DNA of 63,817 bases, filler included, from Reticulomyxa filosa (taxonomy: Eukaryota; Protista; Foraminifera): the NCBI GenBank assembly GCA_000512085.1. It is 27 parts of 27 records of this genome, joined end to end, with 100 filler letters (N's around TTAATTAATTAA, not from the genome) between each part and the next. Parts side by side here need not be neighbours in the genome. Positions count along the whole stretch, not along the records: positions 34,593 to 37,618 come from ASPP01042810.1; positions 37,719 to 39,302 come from ASPP01013951.1; positions 39,403 to 40,570 come from ASPP01021691.1; positions 40,671 to 42,628 come from ASPP01042396.1; positions 42,729 to 44,211 come from ASPP01041598.1; positions 44,312 to 46,345 come from ASPP01027732.1; positions 46,446 to 49,619 come from ASPP01011289.1; 20 more parts are not named here. One strand, written 5' to 3'. The position numbers and the translations under genes were made by a program. Positions 36,354 through 49,470 of this stretch are shown here, piece after piece. The first letter of the stretch is position 1. Each line of letters begins with the position of its first letter. A model generated the notes under the pieces. It was not told where the DNA came from. It was given only the letters and a program-made list of their open reading frames with translations, and did no database searches.

Positions 36354-36909
36354 AAGTTTGTTGCGTTTTCAATAATTTGTTTTGAGTTAAATGGATTCTT
36401 TTTTTGTTCAAAGCAATCAATTTATCATTAAAAATATTCACAAATAAGATGGATGGAAATATTAAATTATTCACAACGATAAGAAAAGTTTATTCAAAAT
36501 ATAAACATATATAAATCAGACAAGTCTCATTAGACTTGTAATTTGAATAAATTACTGAATGTAGTTAAAATAGCAATTAATTATATGACTGCTTTTTATT
36601 TAATGAAAATAAGTCAATAATAATTTATTATTTTCCCATATTTTAACATATAACACACCCACTAAACCTTTTCTTATACAATATTTGATTGGACCATTTT
36701 TGAACTTTCTTTTCAATGACATCGTCAAATAACATTTTATTTGATTTTAAAAATCTTGACATAATTGGAATAAACTTTTCTTATCGTTGTGAATAATTTA
36801 ATATTTCCATCCATCTTATTTGTGAATATTTTTAATGATAAATTGATTGCTTTGAACAAAAAAAGAATCCATTTAATTCAAAACAAATTATTGAAAACGC
36901 AACAAACTT
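36354..36909. repeat. Near-perfect inverted repeat of about 142 bp (36354-36495 and 36768-36909)
   Basis: aagtttgttgcgttttcaat...gaaaagtttattc is the reverse complement of gaataaacttttc...aacgcaacaaactt; I saw one mismatch. Confidence 0.9.
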
Positions 36910-37161
36910 GTCATTAGATCATGTTTAACAAGAAATGTTTTATTTTTTTCTCACGTGATTTCAGTAATTAGAATATGCTATAATTTTTAATTTTAATAGT
37001 AAAAACAATTTTGAAATGAATTTTTTTCAAATGTGTGATTTTGGGAAAAAATTAGAGTTGGCCACAACAAAACTTCCCCCAGCTCAAAAAAACTCTAGAA
37101 TAAATTCCTCTACGTCATCTAATTAAGAAACCAAGAGCCTAAAAGAAAGAAACTGAGTAAG

Positions 37162-37618
37162 ATGGAAGAAGAGAAAAGCAAAGACAATGCGAAACTGGAT
37201 TTGAAATCAATTACTGAACAACAGTCTTGCTTTGATAAAAACTGGATTTTACATTTGAACAAGCAAGAATCCATTAACGACTTTATTTGTTTGATTTGCA
37301 AACAAGTAGCCAACAACCCAATGGAAATCAATTGCTCTCAACATGAAAACATGGATGAATCATTGATCGTCGGAGGGAATTGCTTGAATCAATTCCTTAA
37401 TCAAAACCCAAATTCTTGTCCAGTCGAGCCTCATGACAACTGTTCGTATTTTCGAAGTCGAGTGGCAAAACGATACATTAATGAATTGGATGTGATTTGT
37501 CCACGACAACTTCAACAAGAACAAGAACAGCAACTACAAATGTCAACACAGCAAGGATATGAAGAAGGAGAAACATCTGAAATTGTTAATTGTGATTTCA
37601 AAGGAAAAGTGAAACAGA
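37162..37618 (+). CDS. RING/TRAF-type zinc-finger protein, copy B; 3' partial
   Basis: Close paralog of copy A with the identical start MEEEKSKDNAKLDLKSITEQ. Confidence 0.8.
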
Positions 37619-37718
37619 NNNNNNNNNNNNNNNNNNNNNNNNNNNNNNNNNNNNNNNNNNNNTTAATTAATTAANNNNNNNNNNNNNNNNNNNNNNNNNN
37701 NNNNNNNNNNNNNNNNNN

Positions 37719-39048
37719 TAATAATAATAATAATAATAATAATGATAATAATAATAATAACAACAGCAGCAACAACAACAACAACAACAATCGCTTCACA
37801 GAAGAGATAGACATGCTCAAGGGACATCATCCTGCGGACAATGGAATGCGACTGTCGTCGTCATCGGCAGATATCATCCCTTGTGGCGACGTCTCGGCTT
37901 CCATTTCGGCGCCGGACGCGCACGACTTGCGTGTGGTGGTGGGTGATGACGTGGTCATGGTGGGTGGTCGCTTCGACCGTCATGGAGATGTCGTCAGTGA
38001 GTGGAACAAGAAGACAATGAAAGAGGACAAAGGCTATCATAAAAAAGATGGCATCAAAAGAAGCAAGAGTAGGAGTAAGAGCAAGAGCAGGAGCAGGAGC
38101 AAAAGCAGGAGCAAGAGCAAAAGTAAAAGCAAAAGTAAGAGCAAAAGTAAGAGCAAAAGTAAGAGCAAAAGTAAAAGCAAAAGTAACAGTCAAAGCAAAA
38201 GCAAAAGCAAAAGTAAAAGCAAACATCAAAGACATAAAGGCAGCCAACGACATGTGCATAAGAAAGAAGGTGCCATGGGGGATATCCCGCCGCCCATCTC
38301 GCCTTATTATATTCCTGCTTCTTTGCCGTATCATCACTTGGCCTCCACGAGTGCATTGCAAGTGTTCGATCCGCGATTCCATTACATGTTTCAACCCATC
38401 CCTCAACAGACCCATTTGTCCAATCCCACGTCCAGTCTTTTGGTCCCCTATTCCCGACATCATTCCCACTCGTCTCGTAAACGAAAACATAGTCGCAGGA
38501 GCAGGAGTCGCTCTCGGTCCAAATCGCGAGAGGGAGCGGCACCCCGACGTGTCAGTCGCAGTCGCTCACGCGCTCGTAAAAGCGGTCGACGACGTAAACA
38601 TCGCAGTGCTTCCAGCGACAATAACAACCATAAAGGCAAAACCAAACACAAGAGCAAATCCAAGTCTCGATCCAGATCCAAATCCAAGTCTGCTCAATCT
38701 GATGACTCGTTACGTTTACAGAAAAATCGTCGCGATACCAACAGTTCCGAAAAACGATCCACAAACGATCAAAAGGATTCCACCGTCAATGATAATGACA
38801 AAGCTGATAAAGAAAGGTCACGTCACAAATCTACCGATGCTCCGACACCGGAAGACAAGAACAAACATAAAAGCCATAAACATGCCACCAATGTGACGAA
38901 TTTAACAAACACCAATAGAGATAAAGATTCTGCTTCGTTACACAACCAAGACGAAAACTTTGAGCTGAAGGACAAAGACAACGAATATGCTGCTTACCCG
39001 AATACCCAAAAAACGGAAGAGATAAAAAACCACTCTAGTGTAAAATAG
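37719..39048 (+). CDS. RS/KS-repeat-rich low-complexity protein, C-terminal exon
   Basis: Long (KS)n and (RS)n dipeptide tracts in a 411+ codon frame. Confidence 0.7.
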
Positions 39049-40039
39049 TGCAATTTATTCTCACCTTTTTTTTTTGACAATGGCAAAAAGTTTGTTTTGG
39101 CTTATTGAAAATTAGATTTTGGAATTTCATCTTTTCCCTCAAATTGCACAAACACTTTACAATACTCTCAACAAAAAAGAACTTTGGTACTGTTCTTAAC
39201 GAATATAAACCAAAAATATTTTGATTTAACAAGTAAACATAAAACAAATCAGTTTCATTACTTTTTAATTTTTTGGAGCAATAAGTCATTGTTTTTTTTT
39301 TTNNNNNNNNNNNNNNNNNNNNNNNNNNNNNNNNNNNNNNNNNNNNTTAATTAATTAANNNNNNNNNNNNNNNNNNNNNNNNNNNNNNNNNNNNNNNNNN
39401 NNCCAAAGGAAAGCTAACAAAGTGATAAAAAATATTTTAAAAAAATGTTCAAATTATAAAAGGAAAATTGTTTAACCTAGAATGACTTTATTTAAAAGCC
39501 AGTATCATATTTAAATATTTTTAAAAAATCAGTATTTTAGGTTTATTGTTTTTTTGCAAACTACTATAGTTTCATCTTAAAATAACTTTCTCTAAGTTGT
39601 GGTTGTATGCAAAGCAAATGTATCCTTCATGATGTCATATTCTATATGCCTTTGCATTATTTGAGCAAGATAACAAAAACATTATTTTGACAATAATTTG
39701 AGAAACAACAAGTTTGACCTGATATGCAATTGATTGTATGATATTTTTAATGAAGGAAAAAAAATATGATTAATCAAAGAGCCCAAACATAAATTGCCTT
39801 TAATTGGACTATCATTTTTCAATTAATTTCTTTTTTCCCTTTAAAATCACATTTGTCTATTTTTCTTCATTTCTTCCAATTGTCTTCAAATCTTGATGAA
39901 TTGTTTTAAATAAATTGAATCAGTAAAAAGATTTAATTTTTTAAAGATAAAATAAAAAGTCATAACTATATTTAAAAACAAATACCAAAATGAACTTTAT
40001 TTGTGACAGATTCTCTTAATGAGAAAAAAGGAATACTCA

Positions 40040-40570
40040 AAGAAGTATATTTATGTTTATAGGTTTGTGGAGTTTGTGATTAGCTTTTAAATCTGTCAAA
40101 AATTCTTCAACATCATCTTTGTTCATCTTGGGTTCTTCATTGATACAAAATTATAATTCAATTCTTGTTCAAATATATACCTGAAATTATTGATATCAGT
40201 ATCTTTGGTACTTTTAAGATTGGGCCATTTCTTGTTTTTTTCTACATTCACTAATTGCAATCATTACTACTAATGTATTCTTTATTGATTTTGCTTTTCC
40301 AATCATTAATTGTTGTTGCAATGGAGCTCAAAGAATTTTAAATGTAGGTCCATTATTTTCAAACTCTTTCTTCATAAATTCATCTTATTCAATAATATTA
40401 TCTTTCATATCAGCCAATTGCATTTTAAAATATTCATTACTCATTTTTTGAAAATGTTTAATTCCAAACAATGATGACTTTGAAGAATTTCTTCAAATGT
40501 CAATACTTTCATTTTTATTAATTTCTTACTTTCACCATCTTTTGTGATTTCATTTTTCCATTTGCGTTCA
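40040..40570 (-). pseudogene. Caspase-like (peptidase C14-type) domain family fragment
   Basis: KNTLVVMIAISE...WPNLK...DINNF...EEPKMNKDDVEEFLTDL resembles the first strand and helices of the caspase fold. Stops are present and the catalytic His/Cys were not seen. Confidence 0.45.
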
Positions 40571-41759
40571 NNNNNNNNNNNNNNNNNNNNNNNNNNNNNN
40601 NNNNNNNNNNNNNNTTAATTAATTAANNNNNNNNNNNNNNNNNNNNNNNNNNNNNNNNNNNNNNNNNNNNATGATGTAAAATGAAAGTTTTTTCTTTCAA
40701 GGGCAAATGAAAGCAGTTTTCAAAAATATTTTGGAAATATGAAAAATGAATTTTAACAATACATGTTATTTCTTTTTCAATGAAAATAAAAAATCTTTTT
40801 AAAAAGAACTTGTCCAAAACTGAATAGTTTTTTTTTTTCAAAAGGTTGAAATAAAAAGTATAATTTAACACAACTTTTATAAACTTGAAATGTGAAGAAT
40901 AAGAATTTGGATATACAACTTTAAAACATTAAAATTAAGTTGAAAAAGTTAAATAAGTTTTGCATACTTCTTTTTCAAATTACTTTATGTAGAAGACATT
41001 TGATGCACAAAGCTGTGGATGGATGTTTCTTTAGATATAACATAGATCTTGGGATGCGACAATTTGTAAGTAGAGATCACTGAGAAGAGGATTTTTGCAA
41101 CATTAACATGATTAAAATATACAACATTTTTGGAAAAGGATAAAATTAGAATAGAAAACAGAGTTACCCCATAATTGAATTGTTTTATCATGAAAAATGA
41201 ATGTAATTAATAACACTAATATTTTTGTCATGTGGATATGAAATAAATTTAGAATCATCTAATGAAAGTTGTATCTTTTTTCCAAAATGTGTGTTCGTTT
41301 TGTTGTGTTATGAGCAAAAAAAAAATATTACAAATATTGAATATGGACGTCTATTTGAAATCTCTTGTCATATAATTCAACAAATTTATGATTTTCATTT
41401 TTTAAAAGAAAATAAATAGTTTTTTGTAACAAAGATTTAATAGTTTTTTTGTAATGGTATTTTGTATTAACAACAAAAGATTCTTCAAAAAAATATAAAA
41501 AGTCACATGAATATGTTGTATATGGTGGGATTACTTTTTTCAAACAATATTTTGTTATTAATTAAACAATATTTATATCCATTAATTTATCTTGTTTGAA
41601 TTCTACCATTGATCAATGATTCTCTAAACCGTTTGATGATAACTGCACTCCATAGAATCTTCCAACATTGTCCTCTACATAATTACAATTATTTTTATCA
41701 TTTTTACAGAAGGAAATCTTGATTGTATATTAAAGTGATCTCTTTCTTCATATGTAAAC

Positions 41760-42628
41760 AAAATCAATTGTTATTATTTTTTCATGAGTTTGTACTTTAG
41801 TGAAGCTATCATAAAAAATTATTACACTGATTATGATTGTTCTTCACAAATACAGCAGATTGAATATTTCATACTACATCATGAAGATGATTTATTTTTT
41901 ATGTTCTTTTATTTCATAATTAAAAGAAGAAAACAAATATATTTAAAAATTAAAATACATTTAAATCTAGTTTGTTTATTTAATAGTATTTATCAACTGA
42001 ATAAAAAACAATTGCAACAATTGAGAGAAAATAAATTAAATATATGTATTAAGTAATTTTTTTAAAAATAAATTCACATCAAACAAGAGGTCCTTTGAAT
42101 TGTATATCTCTCCTTGTTTTTAAAAAAATTATTGAATGGAATATCAGACACAACATTGATTTAGATACATTCAAAAAGTACCTTTCATGAAGAAAAAGAT
42201 AAAAATAATGAACAACAAAATTCATGTAATTGAATTTCATAGCATAACCTAAAATATTTAAACTCTTTTTGACGCTGTTATTTGCACACAGATAATCTTG
42301 GACATGCAGTTCTAAAAGTCACTCAGTTCTTTTTTTTCCTTATCAGTTCTTAAATGGTTGAACAATCTCGTTTCATTAAGAACAGGGAATTAATCAAAGG
42401 TTGTACTGCATCAAGCTTTTTTACTTTTAATCATTTTTTTGCAATTGAAATTTAAATCAAAAGTCCTAAAATTTTCCCCTTTTTGTAGGGAACAACCAAG
42501 TAAGAAAACAAAACTATTTGAATAAGGACAAATATGTTAAATTCTTTTTTGTGTGAAAGTTATAAATAAAGTCTTATATGTTTAACAATAAATGTTTTAT
42601 CTACTTTCTCACATTATTTCAGTAATTA
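41760..42628 (-). repeat. Dispersed non-coding repeat, copy 2
   Basis: Reverse complement aligns with 35476-35930 and 61180-61845. Confidence 0.85.
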
Positions 42629-44311
42629 NNNNNNNNNNNNNNNNNNNNNNNNNNNNNNNNNNNNNNNNNNNNTTAATTAATTAANNNNNNNNNNNNNNNN
42701 NNNNNNNNNNNNNNNNNNNNNNNNNNNNATAATTGGTGAACAAAGATGGCTTGTTGAATTTTTTGGCCCAATCACTTCAAGAGTTATGTTATCTTTACCA
42801 AACTGCCTCCGGTATCGACTATTGTTGGATGGCAAGCAAGAAAGCAAGAAAGATGAACAACATCGAATATGTCAATAATAAAAAAAGAAAATATAAACAG
42901 TACCCTCACTCATCGTATCGCCGCATAGTGATGGATAAGAGAATTTCCAATAATAATGACAATTATCCAAGGCCAAAGTTTGTCTCTTATCACAAGGGCG
43001 ACGATAGCGAATGAATTTGGTATTTAGAAAATATCCATTGTATGGCCGCATTGGAACAGTGAAAAAAAAATCTCCCATTTCAATCACCGACGATCTGGAT
43101 GTTTGCGCTGTCCGAATACAAAGGCAAGTTTGTCAAGAAGAAAGAAAAAAAACAAGTGATAATATCGCGCAAAATGAAAACGATACCGATATTACCATAT
43201 CGCAACAGTAGCAGCGACTGGATTGGTAGAAGAAATGGAAGACAAACAAGAAGAGAACGCGGAAGTTATAAAAAATAAATAATCACACTGGCAGTCAAGT
43301 GAGCCACTATCACATGAAACTATCCTTCCGATATCGTGGCTCAGTTTGGTGGATGAGTCTTGCAAAACTCCAGGCCAATATCACCAGCAAACAAGGATAG
43401 TAAGATATGAGGGGATTATTACGATGAATAGAAAGAAGATTTCAAGGATACCGCGTTGGATTTGTTTTAAAAGAAAAAAGATCGTCAGTTAACTTACTTT
43501 AGTTATTAAATGGCCCTTCACACCATCGAGTGGCGGCTTTGCGCAATTTTATGTATGGACTAATTTTACATGACACCCTCCCCCTCCCCCAATGGAAGCT
43601 TCTTGCCTGGTGTGACAATGTCAAGCGTAGTGCCAGTGATGCTTATTATTGCAACGAGGAAACACAGTCCATGTCCTCTTTTACTAATTTATGAATTGTT
43701 CCAACACATAGGACTGGTATTGCGCGCGTCAGTATTTGGGTACCACGCTGTACTCTACGATTTGATTTGCAGTGCGATGGAGAACTAATGCTGTTGCGCA
43801 TTTGTTACAAAAAGTAACAACGTCGTGCCAGTCGATGATTGTATCGATGATTCAAAAGCCGCTTCATTATGTAGTGAATTAAAAAAAAACTTGGATATTG
43901 GCAATGTGTTGGTGGCGCTGGGCCCTGCTGGATGGGTGCGTGGACAACATTTATATCAGCAGTCGAGCCCCTCTTCCACTCTCATCTCAAAAACGTTGTT
44001 GTAGATAGCACGAGTTGTTCGGTTACCAAAAGTCGAATCACTCAAATTCGAAAAGTGGATGTTGTACCATTGACAGGATCACCACTCAAAAAATGATAAC
44101 TCTAGGGGACGAGCTTTTCAATTATATCAATTTCCCCCAAGTCCTAAAATAACTGAATAATTGACGAGAACAGTGGTCATTGAAATAGAAGCGCGCATTC
44201 GCAAGACCTCGNNNNNNNNNNNNNNNNNNNNNNNNNNNNNNNNNNNNNNNNNNNNTTAATTAATTAANNNNNNNNNNNNNNNNNNNNNNNNNNNNNNNNN
44301 NNNNNNNNNNN

Positions 44312-44327
44312 TTTAAATCTTTGGAAC

Positions 44328-44371
<44 letters not shown>

Positions 44372-45954
44372 ATCATCATTGTCATTGTGAATACTAAAAA
44401 AGTTGGTCGGCTCAATCACATCATTGAAGGAATATCGCAGATGCAACGAGCAATTTCGATTTCTATGGATCGACATACCTTATCGCTATTTATCTAATCG
44501 CTCTGACAAAATGGCCTGCGCCGCAGGGGAGTCCTTGATAATGGAGTCCGATCGCAATGCCTCTGGGATGCCAGTGAACACCAGTAGTGTGACCAGTCCA
44601 AATACATTGGGCTCGGAGACTCATTTGCATTCGAGTGCCGCCGACCAACATAGTCTTCACAGCAGCACGCGCAAACGATCGCCCTCGCCGCTGTCGGCCA
44701 AATCGTCGGACAACTCTGCTCCGACGTCTCGTGCGGCCAACGCGTCCAAAAAATCGCCAGGTCCCGCCATTACTGTCAATCCTCAAATGACCGTCAAATC
44801 CCTTTCGACGTCGCAAACCGTTGTCAATGAGGATAAGTCAAGCAAAGCAACACCAGTTTTGCCAATGCTTTATTTCTTTGTTGTTTTTTTTTTTGTTTCA
44901 ATCAACGTATATGCTATATACATATATATATATATATATTTTATCTTTGTTAGCCAGTGGAAATGATCCCGTGTCGACTGCTCAATTGGCATCGAAACTT
45001 TTTGGAACGACTGTTAAAATTTTATTTCATTGCTGATAACACACACACACACACACACACACAAAAGTAAGGATCATCTTTTATCTTTGATATGCATTTG
45101 TATGCACTTTAGACAGACGTTGCAAATGCCACTTGTTTTTTAACGGCTATTTTAACAAAATGATCACCCAAGGCATATTGGATGACGCAACCTCCTGGCG
45201 CAATCGATATATCGACACGAAAATTGAACCTTTTTTAAAAAATATTGAAAAAAAAATGGGAAACAATGAAATCGATCAAAACACAGAAAACAGCGTTTTT
45301 CCCAATTCGCCGACGTTTTATTTACTTTGCGATAGTCGAGGTTTAGCTGATATGTCGTACGATGCCAACGGTGTCGTTCTCGAATACTCATTATATCCTC
45401 AATGCGTGATGTCCAATGAGCAGGAAGAAAAGAGAGACATACGAACAACAGAAGATAAGATGTCGTCTTTTTCGATTGTATTTCGTTGGCCTGCCATCGG
45501 TACTGATCGATCGAAGGACTATCGCATGCGTAACAAATTGGCTTACATTTTTTTGGACAACTACGAAAAGCTAAAGAAAACAAATCGATGCGTATTAACA
45601 CACGAAGGTGGGTCCTCTTCCAATACTGACACGCATCGGGACAAAGAAAAGTTAATTGTCATGAGTTCCATTTCTCCTCGGGTTATGGCCGCTTTATGTG
45701 TGTCTAGAAAATGCTTGGACATGTCCAACTATCGAACCAAAGCCAGTGGGCATCACCGATCTCGAAGTGACAAAAGTAGTGATACTCGAGAATCCAAAAA
45801 GCCCACGCAAACAGAAAAAAACAAACCTGACACAACCATGTCTTCTACACAACAACCTGCCGACGATGATACCAAACTTTCAATTGAATTTCAACGTTTG
45901 GTCAATGAATTGAGGCTATCACCGTCTTTGGTTCTCTGGAAACTAACCAATTGA
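44312..45954 (+). CDS. Hypothetical multi-exon protein; 5' partial
   Basis: ORFs 44403- and 45133- are separated by introns containing TA/CA microsatellites. Confidence 0.6.
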
Positions 45955-46445
45955 AATAACTTTAGTGTTACACTAACGCAAATGTCTATGAACACACAAT
46001 TCATTGTTTAGAGATTTTACATTTCAAACATTTTTTTAATGTTTTCCCATTCATTACTTAAACGCTTTCAATATTGTACCAATCAAACTCTGATGAAAGA
46101 CACTGTCTTAAAAGAGACAGTTTTTGCGTGTAATGCTAAAAATCACTTCATACAAATTTTATTTTATTGTTTTCAGCATCTTTTATATAATATACTTTTT
46201 TCAACACATTTGGTCATATACAAAATTACAACGTATATGATTAGCAAGACATATTTTTGACGTGTGGAAGTTTAAATTGTAATAATTCGTCATTAAAAAA
46301 CAAATTTCTTTCAAATAAATTAGAATACTTAGAGACCAATTTGCANNNNNNNNNNNNNNNNNNNNNNNNNNNNNNNNNNNNNNNNNNNNTTAATTAATTA
46401 ANNNNNNNNNNNNNNNNNNNNNNNNNNNNNNNNNNNNNNNNNNNN

Positions 46446-46478
<33 letters not shown>

Positions 46479-46529
46479 GAAAACAAAAAAAAAGTATATA
46501 CCTATTACGACCATATGCCACATTTTCAG

Positions 46530-47741
46530 GTGACGGTGCGTGAGTTCCATCAAATGAGAATGTTGGGACGTGGTGCTTTTGGCTGTGTAAATGCATGCAA
46601 AAAAAGAGATACAGGCAAATTATACGCAATGAAACAAATCAACAAGAAACGTGTCCAAGGCACAGACAGTGTGGAAGCGATTATGAGCGAGAGAAACTTT
46701 TTGGCGGATATCGGCGTTGGTGCAAATGATTGTCGATTTGTAACCACCTTAAAATATGCATTTATGGATGAAAATACACTGTATTTGATCTTAGACTTGA
46801 TGATAGGAGGAGATTTGAAGTATCACCTGAACCACGAACGAGTGTTTAATGAAGAGCGAAGCCGCTTTTATGCAGCTCAAGTGTTACTTGGATTGGAGCA
46901 TATTCACAACAAAGGCATTGTGTATCGAGATCTTAAGCTGGAAAATATTTTGATGGATGATCGTGGAAATATCAAATTGAGTGATTTGGGATTAGCTGTT
47001 CGTATGCGTGACGAAGATGGAGCGAAAAAAGAAGTTCGTGGCTACGCTGGTACTCCTGGTTATACTGCCCCGGAGGTCGTGCTTGGGCATTTCTATGATC
47101 ATATAGTTGACTTTTTCAGCTTAGGTGTCATGATCTATCGTTTCTTATGCGGAAAGAAACCATTTCAATCTGTGCGTCGTCATCACGGTCGTGATCAAGT
47201 AAAAGACGACAAACAACGAAATCAAACCGCCGAATTAGATCGAAATGTGGTTGAAATGGAACCCTCCTTTCCATTGGAATACTTTAGTGCGAATGCGCGA
47301 TCCTTGGTCAAAGGATTGTTGTGTAAAAACCCTCGTAAACGTCTTGGTGCTAATGGAATCCATGAAATTAAACAACATCCATGGTTTGATTTAGCTGATT
47401 TTGGTTTGTTAGAAGCTGGGTACTTAGATCCACCCTTCACACCCTCTTTGGATGAAATCCATGCTGAAGGACAACAAAATATTGGAAGGCCACCCCAGGA
47501 TGACGAATTTCAGAAAATCAAACTTACGCCCACCTTTGAAAAATCATTGGAAGATTTTAGTTATGTCAACAAAGTCATTATCCAAGAAGAAATTGTTGAA
47601 GTTCTTAAAAAAGTCAACGCCACGGAAGGAAAGCGTCAAGGACACAACCATGCTGATACCTTAGGAGAATTGCCACTCATTGGTGATCCTGAAGCCAATG
47701 GAGATAAACAATCGTGTATGGCAAGATGCTCAGTTGTATAA
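46530..47741 (+). CDS. GRK: G-protein-coupled receptor kinase (GRK family, AGC group), kinase exon
   Basis: LGRGAFGCVNACKKRDTGKLYAMK, DLMIGGDLKYHL, IVYRDLKLENILMD, the GRK-diagnostic SDLGLA (DLG instead of DFG), GYAGTPGYTAPEV and an AGC tail. The protein ends in CSVV*. Confidence 0.88.
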   Translation: MTVREFHQMRMLGRGAFGCVNACKKRDTGKLYAMKQINKKRVQGTDSVEAIMSERNFLADIGVGANDCRFVTTLKYAFMDENTLYLILDLMIGGDLKYHLNHERVFNEERSRFYAAQVLLGLEHIHNKGIVYRDLKLENILMDDRGNIKLSDLGLAVRMRDEDGAKKEVRGYAGTPGYTAPEVVLGHFYDHIVDFFSLGVMIYRFLCGKKPFQSVRRHHGRDQVKDDKQRNQTAELDRNVVEMEPSFPLEYFSANARSLVKGLLCKNPRKRLGANGIHEIKQHPWFDLADFGLLEAGYLDPPFTPSLDEIHAEGQQNIGRPPQDDEFQKIKLTPTFEKSLEDFSYVNKVIIQEEIVEVLKKVNATEGKRQGHNHADTLGELPLIGDPEANGDKQSCMARCSVV

Positions 47742-48254
47742 ATGTCAACAAAATTTTTCTTTTCTTTTGAGGTTGTAAGTAAAACACTCACTGAAAAATA
47801 CATTACCTCCAATGTTTTTTTATCTTTCTAAATCTGTTACCAGTTGAAAGTGGTTTCTTGTTTTTTTTTGCTGTTGATGAGCACGCAGAGTATGTGTGTC
47901 ACATTGTTGCATTCCATTTTTTTGGTGTCATCTGCGAATAATTGCTAGTTAGGGAATAAAAGGGTAATTTTCAGCGTTAATATTCTAATACGTTTCAAAC
48001 TTTGTAATGCTTTTCAGACAGCTATTCTTGAAAACTCAAAAAAAGATGAAAAATGCTTTTTGACAAGTCGTGGCATCAAATCAAATTTTTCTTGTGAAAT
48101 CAAACAACTTTTGCCAATTGAAGCAATAATAAAAAAAATTCTATACATCTCAAAACACAAACAAATGCCAACAAAGGAGCGTGTTTTCGCACAAATCTCA
48201 CTTTTCCAAAACGAAAAAGTTGCAAATTGTTTGGTGAACCATGTCCCCCTACGA

Positions 48255-49470
48255 TTAATCAGTTGCTTCTTTTTCGTCAACTTTGTCAGTTGTCTCAGTG
48301 GTTGTGTCAGAGCCCGATGTTTTTGCCAATTCTGCCTCGAGTTGGGCAATGCGGGTTCTCAATTCATCATTTTCTTGTTCTAATTCGGCATATGTCTTCT
48401 TTTTGGTGAAAGAAGTGCTGCCACTTTGTGGGTTGTCTTCTCTCAAAGCAGGGTTCATTGACATCGTCACTGGTTGTTTGTTTTCACCTTTCAACCAATC
48501 TTCAGCTTGCAATGCTGGACGGCCAGCGTAAGCATTTGGGAAAATATCCTCTTGGAAGACTTCTGCGCCTGCCTTACGAGGGACCTAAATATTTTTGCAG
48601 TGTTTTTTGAATTGTTGGAACTACACAAATTTTTTCTCGTGAAAACAAAAGCATACAATAAAAGAAATTGGAATGACGGTGCTTGCTGTCAATTTATAAA
48701 ATCGTCCAATTTCGCATTTCCAAACATCACAAGCTCGTTTTGGAAGCCAGCCACCACCTTTTTGTGGTTCAGGATTTCTGTATGCGCTCAACAAATAAGC
48801 AATTTTGTCATCATTAACCAACTCATAATAAGTAATGTTTCCTTCACCTTTTCCAACCAAATACAATATTCCATTGTCGTTATCAAAGTTTGGATACAAT
48901 ACACTTGCTGCTTGGTCAATGTCATTTTCAAACAACGCCTTGTCTATTTTTCGCACATCCCAAATTTTCATTTGGCGTTTTGCAGATCGCGAAAAGCCAG
49001 TGCCTCCGATCCATCCAAGATTTTCTGCCCAAAATACTTTGCTTTAATTTTTTTTAATGAATTTTCTCGATATTTGTGGTATACGTTTGTTTGTAACCCC
49101 ACAACACAATCTTTTTTCCCCCTTGCATCGCCCTCTCTCCTTCCTCTTCGCTTTTTTGTTTCCATACCTTCCTTTGGATCCATCAAAAGCATCAGCAATT
49201 GATTGTGCTCCTTCAACACTTCTGGGATCGTACATTCGAATAGCTGAGTCTTTTCCAGCGCAAGCAATACGAGATCCGTCACCGTTCCATTCCATGGTCA
49301 TGACGGTGTCCTGGCATTGATCAAAGGTGCTCACGCAACTTCCCGTTTCAATGTTCCAAACTTTTACCGTGCGATCGAATGCCCCAGTTGCGACGATGTT
49401 GTTCGCCGATGGGTGGAATTTGATAAATGTCACTTTCTTTTGATGTCCTTCTAACAATACTGTTGGTTTG
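48255..49470 (-). CDS. Coronin; 5' partial
   Basis: LEGHQKKVTFIKFHPSANNIVATGAFDRTVKVWN, LYLVGKGEGNITYYE, PQKGGGWLPKRACDVWKCEIGRFYKL, VPRKAQKSSKRIF (frame slip near the coronin FQEDIFP motif) and a C-terminal coiled coil. Confidence 0.93.

Noticed and set aside
37861-38896. Alternative-frame (AK)n, (AF)n and (CS)n ORFs
   Set aside because: They are frame and strand shadows of the KS/RS hexamer repeat.
42733-44211. Fragmented ORFs as a mobile element
   Set aside because: Coding-like but broken, with no recognisable transposase, RT or integrase motif.
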